Of a DNA stretch of 64,000 nucleotides, positions 1-9,923 are shown piece by piece. A program made the position numbers and the translations under genes. Within the stretch, counting starts at the first letter, position 1. Each line of letters starts with the position of its first letter. The notes under the pieces were generated by a model that had not been told where the DNA came from, searched no databases, and saw only the letters and a list, made by a program, of their open reading frames with translations. The DNA comes from an uncultured SAR86 cluster bacterium. GTDB lineage: Bacteria > Pseudomonadota > Gammaproteobacteria > Magnimaribacterales > D2472. The stretch lies in contig CACEJU010000003.1 of NCBI GenBank assembly GCA_902559885.1, positions 33,542 through 97,541 on the forward strand. Direction: 5' to 3'.

Positions 1-917
1 TCATTATCACTTTTGCCTAATACCTGATGGATGGATATTTCGTGCAATACAGAAATTAAACTCTTCAAGATTTCTTCATACTCAGGAGAGAGCTCTTCTA
101 TTTTTGCAAGCGTATCAAAGGCTGAATTACCTTCATTATTAAATACCGCTTCAAGTAGTTCATATAGAAATGATTTATCAATGGTACCAAGCAGATCTTT
201 TACATTGTTATATAAAAGCTCTCCATCACCATGAGCTAAAGCCTGATCAAGCAATGTAAGACCATCACGAATTGATCCGTTTGCAGCTTCTTCAATTATA
301 TTCAAAGCTTCTAAATCATATTTTATCTTCTCAGTATCAAGTATATATTTAAAGTGATTTATTAATTTAGAACCTCTTATTGTTTTAAGATTAAGTTGTA
401 AACATCGGGATTGAACTGTTTTAGGTATTTTTTCAGGGTTTGTTGTAGCAAAAATAAATACAACATGAGATGGGGGTTCCTCTAATGTTTTCAATAAAGC
501 ATTAAAGCTTTGTGTTGATAGCATATGCACCTCATCAATAAGATATATCTTATATCTTCCAGATGTTGGCTTATATTGAACTGAATCAAGCAGTTCACGC
601 ATATGGTCTACACCTGTTCTGGAAGCTGCATCAACTTCGAGGAAATCTATATGTCTTCCATCTCGGATCTCATTACATATATTACAATCATTGCAGGATG
701 TGCTTGTTGGCTCAGAGAATGAATCACAGTTTAGGCATCTTGCCAAAATCCTAGCCAGAGTTGTTTTTCCAACTCCTCTTGTTCCAGAAAATATATAAGC
801 CTGATGAATTCTTTTAGTCGTAATTCCATTACTTAAAGCTTGAATGACATGCTCTTGACCAACAACTTCTTCAAATGAGTTTGGTCTGTATTTTCTTGCT
901 AGCACTTGATAAGACAT
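1..917 (-). CDS. dnaX: DNA polymerase III subunit gamma/tau, N-terminal ~305 aa (3' end of the gene lies beyond the left edge)
   Basis: Absent from the ORF track because there is no stop codon in the window. Minus-strand translation from the ATG (complement of cat at 915-917) gives MSYQVLARKYRPNSFEEVVGQEHV..IFSGTRGVGKTTLARILAKCLNC..CNDCNIC..YLIDEVHMLS..TLEEPPSHVVFIFATT..SRC. This covers the clamp-loader Walker A, zinc module, Walker B and sensor motifs. The frame stays open to base 1. Confidence 0.9.
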   Translation of the reverse strand, partial: MSYQVLARKYRPNSFEEVVGQEHVIQALSNGITTKRIHQAYIFSGTRGVGKTTLARILARCLNCDSFSEPTSTSCNDCNICNEIRDGRHIDFLEVDAASRTGVDHMRELLDSVQYKPTSGRYKIYLIDEVHMLSTQSFNALLKTLEEPPSHVVFIFATTNPEKIPKTVQSRCLQLNLKTIRGSKLINHFKYILDTEKIKYDLEALNIIEEAANGSIRDGLTLLDQALAHGDGELLYNNVKDLLGTIDKSFLYELLEAVFNNEGNSAFDTLAKIEELSPEYEEILKSLISVLHEISIHQVLGKSDN

Positions 918-938
918 AGATGAGAATCATAACATGTG

Positions 939-1385
939 CTAATTAAAAATTGATTCAATTTCTTGAAATCTAAAGCCCCTACCAATCATAAAATTCTGTT
1001 GTTTCGACTTTTCTTTAAATTCTGAAGATACACCATTCCTAAACTTTTTTGAAAAGACTTCTTGGGCTACTATTTGCCAATCATTGGAATCATTAAAAAT
1101 TGCTTTATCTGAAATCTTTTCTTGAATTCCTCTTTGCTGTAACTCAAAAAATATTTTTTTGGGGCCAAAGCCCTTCCTTTTTCGGGAGCTAACGTAAGCG
1201 TCAGCAAATCTTTCATCATTAACTAAATTTTTAGCTACAAGTTTGTCTATTACTTCATGAACCAATGAGCCCTCAAAGCTTTTTTTTAAGAGTTTATTTT
1301 TTAGCTCAAGCTCTGAGTGCTCTCTATATGAAAGGAAGTCAAGACTTTTGTTGTATGCATCTGTAAATTTATCTTGGTCTACCAT
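939..1385 (-). CDS. recX: recombination regulator RecX
   Basis: 148 aa. Repeated helical RecX pattern: LSYREHSELELKNKL, VIDKLVAKNLVNDERFADAYV, GFGPKKIFFELQQRGI. Confidence 0.75.
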   Translation of the reverse strand: MVDQDKFTDAYNKSLDFLSYREHSELELKNKLLKKSFEGSLVHEVIDKLVAKNLVNDERFADAYVSSRKRKGFGPKKIFFELQQRGIQEKISDKAIFNDSNDWQIVAQEVFSKKFRNGVSSEFKEKSKQQNFMIGRGFRFQEIESIFN

Positions 1386-1392
1386 TCATGCT

Positions 1393-1848
1393 TTATAGGA
1401 CTGGAATGACTCTTGACTTGCCATTTCTTCTAATAATTCTTACATTTTGATTTATGGCATAGTTGAATTCAGATTTTTCTTGAATTATTGATAAAGTTCT
1501 TCCAGATTTAAGCTCAATTACAAGCTCGACTCCATCTTTTTGCGATACAGCATTGCCAATTTCAGAACCAACCCTGCTGCCGACTATACTTCCGACCACT
1601 GCAGCTATATTAGATTCAGTTTCTGAATCTGTAACATTCTTCCCTGCTGCTCCACCAATTAAAGCACCAGCAGTTGCTCCTAGCTGTCTATTACCTTCAA
1701 TAGTGACATTTATAATATCGACAATTACCCCTTCTTGAACGTACTGTTGTTTTTGTGCATCTTGCCTTGAGACAACGTTTGGCTGCAAAGAGGTATTAAC
1801 ACAACTTGATAATAAAATTATTAAACTGAATGTGTATATTTTTTTCAT
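1393..1848 (-). CDS. outer-membrane lipoprotein with a glycine-zipper domain (SlyB/17-kDa-antigen-like)
   Basis: Lipobox LLSSC. Glycine zipper GATAGALIGGAAGK..VVGSIVGSRVGSEIG. Confidence 0.6.
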   Translation of the reverse strand: MKKIYTFSLIILLSSCVNTSLQPNVVSRQDAQKQQYVQEGVIVDIINVTIEGNRQLGATAGALIGGAAGKNVTDSETESNIAAVVGSIVGSRVGSEIGNAVSQKDGVELVIELKSGRTLSIIQEKSEFNYAINQNVRIIRRNGKSRVIPVL

Positions 1849-2252
1849 GAATTTATCTCCTCTATAAGTTCAAATTTTCTTATTAAGTCTTCTTTAATTA
1901 TGTAAAGTTCTTTTTTATGATCTGCAGATTTAACTTTCACAATTTTGTTATTGTGAACCATCTCTACAATTTTGATCTTAGAATCTTTTTTAATTCTTTT
2001 AAGGTTACGTGAATCAACTAAAGCAAAAACATCCCATTCATTATATTCTCGAGCTCTATATGTGTTTAAAGCATCTGAAGAATACATATATAATGGCTCA
2101 CCAACATATGGAAAATTGCTTGATCGTGTTACCAAAATCCATTCTTGGTCTGGAGCAATAACTATTTCATTTTTTTTACTTAAGCTACCTTCAGGTATTC
2201 CGGAACAAGAAACTAATAAAGAAATTAAAATAAATTGATAGATCTTATGCAT
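1845..2252 (-). CDS. hypothetical lipoprotein
   Basis: Signal peptide plus lipobox (LLVSCSG). 4-nt overlap with the downstream lipoprotein gene. No family recognised. Confidence 0.5.
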   Translation of the reverse strand: MHKIYQFILISLLVSCSGIPEGSLSKKNEIVIAPDQEWILVTRSSNFPYVGEPLYMYSSDALNTYRAREYNEWDVFALVDSRNLKRIKKDSKIKIVEMVHNNKIVKVKSADHKKELYIIKEDLIRKFELIEEINS

Positions 2253-2304
2253 TACATAATTTTAGACTATTTTTATATCCCATAGTTCATAAAACATTTA
2301 AATA

Positions 2305-2332
2305 CTTGAAAGTTTTTAACTAACCACTATAT
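2305..2332 (+). promoter_or_regulatory. candidate sigma-32 (heat-shock) promoter for the sHSP gene
   Basis: Exact CTTGAAA (2305-2311), a 12-nt spacer, then CCACTATA (2324-2331). The spacing equals that of the E. coli groE sigma-32 promoter. The -10 matches CCCCATnT only partially. Confidence 0.4.
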
Positions 2333-2418
2333 AAATATTGTGGATGCCAAAAAGGGTTCACATATATTAACAGCATGCCGAAAGGATGCATTTATAGTCG
2401 CTTAAAGGAGGACTAATT

Positions 2419-2871
2419 ATGAATATAAATTTTACTGATCCATTCTTCACAACTAGAGTGCTTGGATTTGAAACTTTGTTTGATAGGTTAAATAGGTTAT
2501 CAGAATCTTCAACTAGAAGTTCAACTTACCCACCTTATAATATAACAAGAGATGGTAATTACTTTTCAATTGAGTTAGCAGTTGCAGGGCTAACTAAGAA
2601 AGATATTAATATTGATTTAGCTGATGGTACATTAACAGTTAGTTATGATGGACCAAATACTGAATTAATTAATGGAGATGAAAAGGTTGTATACCAAGGT
2701 ATTGCTCAGAGAGCATTTAAACAGCAATTTACGCTAGCTGAAGATATAATTGTCCAGGGAGCAGAATTAGCAAATGGCTTGCTTTCAATAAATCTTGAAA
2801 AAATTGTACCTGAAGAAAAGAAGCCTAGAAAAATAGAGATTAAATCTCCAAAAAAAATACTAGGCAATTAA
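2419..2871 (+). CDS. ibpA: small heat-shock protein, Hsp20/IbpA family
   Basis: 150 aa. Alpha-crystallin domain: YPPYNI..DGNYFSIELAVAGLTKKDINIDLADGTLTV..AELANGLLSINLEK. AAAGGAGG Shine-Dalgarno upstream. Confidence 0.85.
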   Translation: MNINFTDPFFTTRVLGFETLFDRLNRLSESSTRSSTYPPYNITRDGNYFSIELAVAGLTKKDINIDLADGTLTVSYDGPNTELINGDEKVVYQGIAQRAFKQQFTLAEDIIVQGAELANGLLSINLEKIVPEEKKPRKIEIKSPKKILGN

Positions 2872-2878
2872 GTTAATG

Positions 2879-2900
2879 AAGGGTGCACTGCACCCTTTTA
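2879..2900 (+). terminator. rho-independent terminator after the sHSP gene
   Basis: GGGTGC-act-GCACCC stem followed by TTTTAT. Confidence 0.6.
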
Positions 2901-2912
2901 TAAAAATATATT

Positions 2913-4892
2913 ATGCCAATCAAAAATCTTAGATACCTATACTTACTTTTAGCTTTTTATTCACTAAGTATCTATAGTCAAATTGATACCGGTCATTCAA
3001 TAGTCTCAATACATAAGATATCCGAACAAACAGATAAAAATTTTATTGGAATCAAAGTAGATCTTGATGATGGTTGGCATACATATTGGAAAAATCCTGG
3101 TGATGCCGGTGGGCCAATTATTGTTAAAATTTTATCTCCTGAAAAGGTAAATATTAAAAAAATTTACTTTCCTCCACCGCAACTAATACCTTATGAACCA
3201 TTAATGACTTATGGATATAAGGAAGAGGTATTATTTCCAATTGAGATCGAGAGTACGCATCTCATTGATGAAGATACTGTATTTGATTTTGAAGTTAATT
3301 TATTAATTTGTGAAGATGTTTGTATACCAGAATCTGCGGTATTTTCGCAAAAATATGATGAATTTAAAGCATCAGATGAAACTACTGAATGGTTAAAAAC
3401 TATTCCCGACATAACGTACCCTGTTCTAACTTTTATTAATAATAAAAACAATACTTTAGAGATGAAATTTTCAGGTATTGATGAAATATCTGATGTTTAT
3501 TTTTTTCCAGAAAATAAAAATATTTTTAACTACGCTGCCAAGCAAAAACTTAGCTATGATGGTAAGAATTATCTACTAGAAATTAATATTGATGAGATAT
3601 CAAATATTAATAGTCAAACCTTGCTAACTGGTTTATTAAAAATTAATGACGGTTATTACAAAGTAAAATCAAGTCCTAAAATTTTAGAAACTCAAGTATC
3701 TAACAGTATTTTGAAAATGCTTTTATTTGCATTTATTGGTGGTCTAATTCTTAATCTAATGCCATGTGTTTTTCCTGTAATTTCTCTAAAAGTATTAAGC
3801 ATGGTAAAGATGGGTGGAGAATCTAAATCAAAGATAATTTCTCATTCTCTAATTTTTTCAATAGGTGTCGTAATTTCTTTTTTAGCTATTGCAGCATTGG
3901 TAACATATCTTAGATCAACGGGTGAAATGATAGGTTGGGGATTTCAACTCCAATCACCATATGTAGTTTCAATTTTGTCGTCACTAATGATAATTATTGG
4001 TTTTGTACTTCTTTTAGATATAAATTTGGGTCTTTCATTAACCAGATTGGAAAGCTCAACAAATAATTCCTCTTTATTTTCAAGTTTTTCTACAGGAGTT
4101 TTAGCTGTTATTGTTGCTTCACCATGTACAGCCCCATTTATGGGTGCTGCTATTGGCTATGCATTATTAGAATCTAGTTCATCTACGTACCCTATTTTCT
4201 TAAGTTTAAGTATAGGATTTGCTTTTCCATACATCCTTTTAGCTTTAAAGCCATCATTAATTCAAAAATTACCAAAACCAGGCAATTGGATGAATGTATT
4301 TAAGGAATTTATGGCCTTTCCTATGTTCGCTACAGCAATATGGTTACTTTGGGTATTCTCTCTTCAAGTGAGCACTAATAGCTTAATTGAATTGATATTT
4401 ATATGGTTTTTGATTGGAATTCTTTTTTGGTTAACCTCTAAAACAAATAATCAAATTATCAAATTAGTATCTATACTGATAGTTCTTATATCAATATTTG
4501 CTCAAACTATAAATATTAATAATGAGATTACTAAAATAAGCTCTGATCAGTCTAAATCTAATGATTATGTTTTATGGAATCAAACAATAGAAGATGATTT
4601 ATTGTCTAACAATAAATCCTTTTTTATTAATTACACAGCGGCATGGTGTATTACTTGTCAGGCAAATGAAAAAATAGCGCTATCTTCTCTAAAAGTTCAA
4701 AATTATTTCAAATCACAAGATATTACTTATTTAAAAGCTGATTGGACAAATAAAAGTCCTGAAATACTCGAAAGTCTTAAAAAATATGGCAGAACTGGTG
4801 TGCCATTATATATTTATTGGGAACCATCCATGAGCGAACCTCGAGTTCTTCCGGCAATTCTAACTGAGAAAATAATTTTTGATTATCTTTAG
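2913..4892 (+). CDS. dsbD: thiol:disulfide interchange protein DsbD (protein-disulfide reductase)
   Basis: 659 aa. Signal peptide, N-terminal periplasmic domain with a Cys pair (ICEDVCIPE), a CcdA-like multi-TM core (NLMPCVFPV, ASPCTAPF), and a C-terminal thioredoxin domain with WCITC. Confidence 0.85.
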   Translation: MPIKNLRYLYLLLAFYSLSIYSQIDTGHSIVSIHKISEQTDKNFIGIKVDLDDGWHTYWKNPGDAGGPIIVKILSPEKVNIKKIYFPPPQLIPYEPLMTYGYKEEVLFPIEIESTHLIDEDTVFDFEVNLLICEDVCIPESAVFSQKYDEFKASDETTEWLKTIPDITYPVLTFINNKNNTLEMKFSGIDEISDVYFFPENKNIFNYAAKQKLSYDGKNYLLEINIDEISNINSQTLLTGLLKINDGYYKVKSSPKILETQVSNSILKMLLFAFIGGLILNLMPCVFPVISLKVLSMVKMGGESKSKIISHSLIFSIGVVISFLAIAALVTYLRSTGEMIGWGFQLQSPYVVSILSSLMIIIGFVLLLDINLGLSLTRLESSTNNSSLFSSFSTGVLAVIVASPCTAPFMGAAIGYALLESSSSTYPIFLSLSIGFAFPYILLALKPSLIQKLPKPGNWMNVFKEFMAFPMFATAIWLLWVFSLQVSTNSLIELIFIWFLIGILFWLTSKTNNQIIKLVSILIVLISIFAQTININNEITKISSDQSKSNDYVLWNQTIEDDLLSNNKSFFINYTAAWCITCQANEKIALSSLKVQNYFKSQDITYLKADWTNKSPEILESLKKYGRTGVPLYIYWEPSMSEPRVLPAILTEKIIFDYL

Positions 4893-4947
4893 TATATTTA
4901 ATTAAATTTGTTATCATCTGAATCTAAATAACTTATTGGTACTAAAA

Positions 4948-5688
4948 ATGGGTGTTAGAGAGTTTGTTTTGTTTGATGGTGTTCATCTCACCACTTTGGC
5001 AATGATTTTTTCTTTTATGATATTTCTTCCGAAGTTCGTTAATAAATATGCAGATAATAAGAAAGAATTCATTGGTAAACTAATTGCCATAGTACTCCTT
5101 ATACATTCTGTTTTATCACCTTATAAAGATCTATTTATGCTAGAGGTTCCATATCATTGGAAGGAGGCTTTGCCACTTCACATGTGTGATTTTTCAGAGC
5201 TTTTAATTGCATTTTTCTTGCTTGGGGGTCCAAAAATTCTTTTTAATATTGCATTTTATTGGGGTATTGGAGGGGCTACGATGGCTTTAATTACTCCTGA
5301 TGTTGAAACTAGTCTTGATACCGAATATTACTTTTTCTTTATTGGGCATGGATTAATTTTAATTGGAGTTTTTTATGCTGTTATTGCTTTAAATACAAGA
5401 CCAACTTTAAGGGAGACTCATCAGGTAACATTTTTAACGCTATTTGTTTTATTGCCAGCAATATATCTTGCAAACTTTATTTTAGGTGAGATCCCTCCTG
5501 GATCAGCCTCAGAGCAGCTTATAACAAATTATTGGTATCTCATGGCTAAACCTAATGGAGCTAGTTTGCTGGATTTCTTTCCAGATCCTCCCTTTCATAT
5601 ACTTGTTGTAATACCAATTGCAGTTAGTCTTTTTTATTTAATTTATTTACCATATTTTATTAAAGATAAATTAAAAGAGAGTCAATAA
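4948..5688 (+). CDS. integral membrane protein, YwaF/TIGR02206-like
   Basis: Polytopic membrane protein with the LPLHMCD motif typical of that family. The track ORF begins at a TTG (4936), and I prefer the first ATG at 4948. Confidence 0.5.
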   Translation: MGVREFVLFDGVHLTTLAMIFSFMIFLPKFVNKYADNKKEFIGKLIAIVLLIHSVLSPYKDLFMLEVPYHWKEALPLHMCDFSELLIAFFLLGGPKILFNIAFYWGIGGATMALITPDVETSLDTEYYFFFIGHGLILIGVFYAVIALNTRPTLRETHQVTFLTLFVLLPAIYLANFILGEIPPGSASEQLITNYWYLMAKPNGASLLDFFPDPPFHILVVIPIAVSLFYLIYLPYFIKDKLKESQ

Positions 5689-5689
5689 T

Positions 5690-6778
5690 ATGAATGAATT
5701 TTTAAATCTTTTGTCTGATGTATGGAATTCGGGTCTTTTTGGGATAAGTCTTGGTCCAATAATCTCATCTATATTTACTATAATAGTTGCACTTTTATTA
5801 AGGGGTTTTGTTATAAATGTAGTAATAAGTTTTTTAACCAAGCTATCTGAAAAATCAGAATCAACGCTTGATGATCAGATTTTAGAGTCTCTTAAAAAAC
5901 CCTTAGGATATATCCCTATTACAATTGCTTTATATGTTTGTACTCTTATTCTTCCACTTCAGGGGATTGTATTAGAAATAGCAACAAATTTAGTTAAAGC
6001 ATCTATCATCTTTACTTTATTTAGTGCTCTTGCTAATAGTGTAAAACCTATTTTTCAAGCACTGGCAACAAGTTCATGGCTTACCCCTTCTATGCAAATG
6101 TGGCTTGAAAGAGCATCTAGAGCAATAGTATGGATTATTGGTATAGCTATTATTTTAGATATTTTTGGAATTCAAATAGGACCTTTAGTTGCTGGCTTAG
6201 GTTTGTTCTCTGTAGCAGTTGCATTAGGAGCTCAAGACTTTTTTAAGAATCTTATTGCCGGTATTTTAGTTATTGGTGAAAATAGATTCCAGCCTGGAGA
6301 TAGGATTGAAGTTCCTGGTCAGCTCCACGGTATAGTAGAAACTATAGGTTTTAGGTCTACGGTTATTAGAACATTTGATACCGCACCAATGATAATTCCT
6401 AACGCTCAATTATCAGACGTTAAAATTATTAATCATGGTGAAATGAAAAACAGAAGGATTAATTGGCGTATTAATCTTTTGTATTCAACAACTAAACCTC
6501 AATTAGAAAAAATATGTCAGGATGTTAAGGACTATATTTCTAATTCAAGTGACTTCATTATTAATGATGATTTGCAACCAGTGGTAAAAGTTGTTGAGCT
6601 TGGTGCAAGCTCTATTGATGTAATGATTGTTGCATTCTGTGAACCCGTTGGATTTGCGGATTTTAATCAAATTAAAGAAAATCTCATTTTTAATATTATG
6701 GATATAGTAGAATCTAATGAAACAGAGTTTGCATATCCTTCTACCTCTTTATATGTAGAATCCCTTCCAGAAAAATAA
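5690..6778 (+). CDS. mechanosensitive ion channel family protein (MscS-like)
   Basis: 362 aa. N-terminal TM helices followed by GAQDFFKNLIAGILVIGENRFQPGDRIEV, the MscS pore and beta-domain signature. Confidence 0.8.
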   Translation: MNEFLNLLSDVWNSGLFGISLGPIISSIFTIIVALLLRGFVINVVISFLTKLSEKSESTLDDQILESLKKPLGYIPITIALYVCTLILPLQGIVLEIATNLVKASIIFTLFSALANSVKPIFQALATSSWLTPSMQMWLERASRAIVWIIGIAIILDIFGIQIGPLVAGLGLFSVAVALGAQDFFKNLIAGILVIGENRFQPGDRIEVPGQLHGIVETIGFRSTVIRTFDTAPMIIPNAQLSDVKIINHGEMKNRRINWRINLLYSTTKPQLEKICQDVKDYISNSSDFIINDDLQPVVKVVELGASSIDVMIVAFCEPVGFADFNQIKENLIFNIMDIVESNETEFAYPSTSLYVESLPEK

Positions 6779-6781
6779 ATC

Positions 6782-8548
6782 ATGAATGATCAATATATTT
6801 TATTGATTTCTCTTATAGCATTATTGGGTGTATTTATATGGGGTAAATTTAGATATGATGCTGTTTCATCAACTGCTTTAATTATCTTAGTAATAATAGG
6901 CATTATTCCAGCAGGAAATGCATTTGATGGCTTTTCTCATCCAGCAGTACTTACGGTTGCTCTAGTTTTGGTAATTAGTACTGGCTTAAAAAATTCAGGT
7001 ATGACCGGCTTAGTAAATAAGCTTGTAGGCGTAAGGAAGTTCACCGAGTTTCAATTTTTAATTACCTTGATGTTAGTTGCAGCTATTCTTTCGTCATTTA
7101 TTAATAATATTGGAGCATTAGCAATCTTACTTCCAATAACTTTAAATATTTGTCAGAAAATGGGTTGGAGGTCTTCTCGACATCTAATGCCTCTTGCTTT
7201 TGCATGTATTTTAGGAGGCATGAATACTGTAATTGGTACGCCGCCTAATATCATTATCTCAGAATATAAATCTACAATAACAAATACAGGATTTGGTTTT
7301 TTTGATTTTTCTTATGTGGGTTTGCTAGTAACAATAGTTTCAATATTGTTTATTGTTTTTGTTGGTAAAAATTTCATACCTTTAAGAAAAGACGCAGATA
7401 CTGGCTCATCTTTAATTAATCTAGATGGTTATTTATTTGAAGTTTTGGTTAATGAAGAAAGCATATGTATTGGCAAGACTTTAAGTTGGTTTAAAAAGAA
7501 TGCAACTGAGGATACTGAAGTTATTGGTATAGTTTCAGAGTCAGGATCAATTTCTAGAGTAAAAAATAATTTTAAAATAAAAGAAAACCAGATATTGGTC
7601 ATCAAAAATCCACCTGATGCAGTTTCTGGATTGCTTGAAAAGCTAAATCTCTCCATTCCAAAAGAACTTCATCACTTTACTGAAGAAGATCTTGATGAGA
7701 TAGAGGTAATGATTACGCCGGGTTCAAGATTAATAGGCAGGAAGTATGATTTCTTTTTTAAATCAGCTTATGAGGAAATGAACCTGCTTGGGCTTTGGAG
7801 AAAAGGATCAAAATATAGAACAAGATTAACCAGAGAAATGTTTAGAACAGGTGATGTGCTTTTACTTGGCGTGAAAGACCTTGAGGAGGAAGGAGTTGCA
7901 AATAAATTAAAATACCTAGGATTAATGCCGCTACTTCAAAGAGAATTACAAACTATCCCAAGTAGAAGTAGGCTTTTAAAGGGCATAATTTTCTTTTTAA
8001 GCTCTATCCTGCTTGTTACATTCAATGTAATGCCTCCTGCAGCAGCATTTTTTCTTTGTGTCATAGCATTTGCAAGAATAAAAATTATAGATACTAATTT
8101 CTATCGTGATATTGAATGGCCTATTGTTGTTCTTTTGGCAACTATGATTCCAATAGGTGTAGCAATTGAGAGTACAGGTTTAAGCTCTACAATATCATCT
8201 GCGATAAGTGGTATGGCAATTGGTTTAGATCAATTTTGGATACTTTTAATAATACTTGTTACCACAATGCTGATTACAGACATTATCAATAATGCAGCAA
8301 CTGCAGTGATTATGGCTCCAATATCTGTAGGTATTGCAAATCAATTAGGCTACTCAATTGAACCTTTTTTAATGGTGGTAGCAGTAGGTGCAAGTTGTGC
8401 TTTTTTAACTCCAATTGGGCATCAATGTAATACAGTAGTAATGGGACCTGGTAATTATAAATTTTCAGATTATTGGAAAATGGGTTTACCGTTAGACATT
8501 TTGATAATACTTATTTCTATACCAATGATATTATTCGTATGGACGTAG
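6782..8548 (+). CDS. SLC13/DASS-family anion permease with central TrkA-C (RCK_C) domains
   Basis: 588 aa. Two transmembrane halves (GGMNTVIGTPPNII, FLTPIGHQCN) flank a soluble segment of about 200 aa with a duplicated RCK_C-like pattern. Confidence 0.7.
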   Translation: MNDQYILLISLIALLGVFIWGKFRYDAVSSTALIILVIIGIIPAGNAFDGFSHPAVLTVALVLVISTGLKNSGMTGLVNKLVGVRKFTEFQFLITLMLVAAILSSFINNIGALAILLPITLNICQKMGWRSSRHLMPLAFACILGGMNTVIGTPPNIIISEYKSTITNTGFGFFDFSYVGLLVTIVSILFIVFVGKNFIPLRKDADTGSSLINLDGYLFEVLVNEESICIGKTLSWFKKNATEDTEVIGIVSESGSISRVKNNFKIKENQILVIKNPPDAVSGLLEKLNLSIPKELHHFTEEDLDEIEVMITPGSRLIGRKYDFFFKSAYEEMNLLGLWRKGSKYRTRLTREMFRTGDVLLLGVKDLEEEGVANKLKYLGLMPLLQRELQTIPSRSRLLKGIIFFLSSILLVTFNVMPPAAAFFLCVIAFARIKIIDTNFYRDIEWPIVVLLATMIPIGVAIESTGLSSTISSAISGMAIGLDQFWILLIILVTTMLITDIINNAATAVIMAPISVGIANQLGYSIEPFLMVVAVGASCAFLTPIGHQCNTVVMGPGNYKFSDYWKMGLPLDILIILISIPMILFVWT

Positions 8549-8709
8549 ATAAAACTAAAGACATTCATAAAAGAATAAATCAAACTACTGGCAAACCATT
8601 TCAAGAAGGTGATGTTGATTTATCAGGAAGAGTATTTAAAAAATATCATCATAAGATTGGTAATGATGGGTATTATCTCGAGATATGGTCTAAAACAAAA
8701 GAAGATTAA
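8539..8709 (+). CDS. small hypothetical protein (56 aa, if started at MDVDKTKD)
   Basis: It fills an otherwise empty 157-nt gap. Charged, non-repetitive sequence. No family recognised. The upstream part of the track ORF (8473-8538) overlaps the permease gene and is discounted. Confidence 0.3.
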   Translation: MDVDKTKDIHKRINQTTGKPFQEGDVDLSGRVFKKYHHKIGNDGYYLEIWSKTKED

Positions 8710-9893
8710 TTAGATAAAGCAGTTATACCCTCTATAAAATCTTGATAGTTTTTATAAAATTTACTTGATTCACCTTCTTCAAGCGTTACTGGAGTAACAA
8801 CATTTCTTCCTTCTTTTATTATTCCAGTATCAAGAAGAAATCTGGATATTACTATTGAGGTCTTAACACCTAACCAAGAAAAAGTTTTTAATGGTCCCCA
8901 TTTTTGAATATCTCCTAAATCTCTTTGTGGATATTTAGTTATTCTTGTTACAACAATATCATTCTCTCGATCAACAAAAATATATTGCCCAAATTTACCA
9001 CTAGCATTAAAAATTTTACTTTCCTCGGTGTAATTAGAAACCCACCAATGCATAGAATAATATCTCTTGTGATCAGTAAACCAATTAGGTGTCTCCCATA
9101 CTACTTGAAATGTCTCATCTACATATGATTTTGGAATTATTTGATTTCCATTCCAATTACCATTTCTTGCAAAAAGTAGACCGAATCTACTATATTCTCT
9201 TGCCGACATATCAATACAACAATAAGTTAATGTATTGCCAGCCTCATCTTTCCAAAGCTTATAATTTTTAGTATTTGAAGGGTCTAATATTCTTTCCTTT
9301 AACAATGTGTCAGCTTTTTTTCCTGTAACCTTATATAAAATATCCCCGATTAACATAGAGTTAACATTGTTATATTCGAAAAGTGTATTAGGTTCTTTTT
9401 GAAGTTTTATTTTTTTTGAATACTTTAATTGATCAGATTTAAAGAACATTGTTTCATGCTGATGATCTGGATAATTTAAGCCTGAGGACATATTTAAGAT
9501 ATCTCTAATTGTTATAACCTTTCTTGAATCATTAAAATAATCTAAATACATGCTAACAGGATCATCTAAGCTAGATATTTCACCTCTTTCAAGAGAGATT
9601 CCAATCAATGCAGCATAATAGCTTTTTGCCATAGACCATGAGGTTCCATGACTATTTTTATTAAAGCCATCTGCATACCTCTCACCAATAATTTTTCCAT
9701 TTTTAATAATTACTACAGCTTGAGTTGCAGAATCATCAAAAGCTATTGAAATTAATGATTCTACAGATGAATTATTAACACCAACATCAGAGGGTGATAT
9801 CACTTCCCATTCATCAGCTGGAAAAGAATCAGCATTAATTAGCTGTGTTGAAATAGATATAAAAATTAATAGGGGTAAATATTTAAATTGCAT
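8706..9893 (-). CDS. secreted serine hydrolase, beta-lactamase (class C/PBP-like) family
   Basis: 395 aa. Signal peptide. SxxK motif (SWSMAKS) in the expected context. Confidence 0.7.
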   Translation of the reverse strand: MQFKYLPLLIFISISTQLINADSFPADEWEVISPSDVGVNNSSVESLISIAFDDSATQAVVIIKNGKIIGERYADGFNKNSHGTSWSMAKSYYAALIGISLERGEISSLDDPVSMYLDYFNDSRKVITIRDILNMSSGLNYPDHQHETMFFKSDQLKYSKKIKLQKEPNTLFEYNNVNSMLIGDILYKVTGKKADTLLKERILDPSNTKNYKLWKDEAGNTLTYCCIDMSAREYSRFGLLFARNGNWNGNQIIPKSYVDETFQVVWETPNWFTDHKRYYSMHWWVSNYTEESKIFNASGKFGQYIFVDRENDIVVTRITKYPQRDLGDIQKWGPLKTFSWLGVKTSIVISRFLLDTGIIKEGRNVVTPVTLEEGESSKFYKNYQDFIEGITALSN

Positions 9894-9923
9894 TGAATAA
9901 TTATATATAAAAAAGAATGTATT

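Noticed and set aside
31-754. Plus-strand track ORFs 31-234 and 563-754 at the left edge.
   Set aside because: They lie antisense to the unlisted but unmistakable dnaX reading frame (1-917, minus strand).
1-917. dnaX programmed -1 frameshift site (A AAA AAG plus a downstream hairpin) that produces the gamma subunit.
   Set aside because: The site lies around codon 430 in E. coli. Only about 305 N-terminal codons are inside this window, so it cannot be assessed here.
939-1385. recX located next to dnaX and lipoprotein genes rather than downstream of recA.
   Set aside because: This is a gene-order variation with no further supporting signal in the window. recA lies outside the window, so nothing can be concluded.
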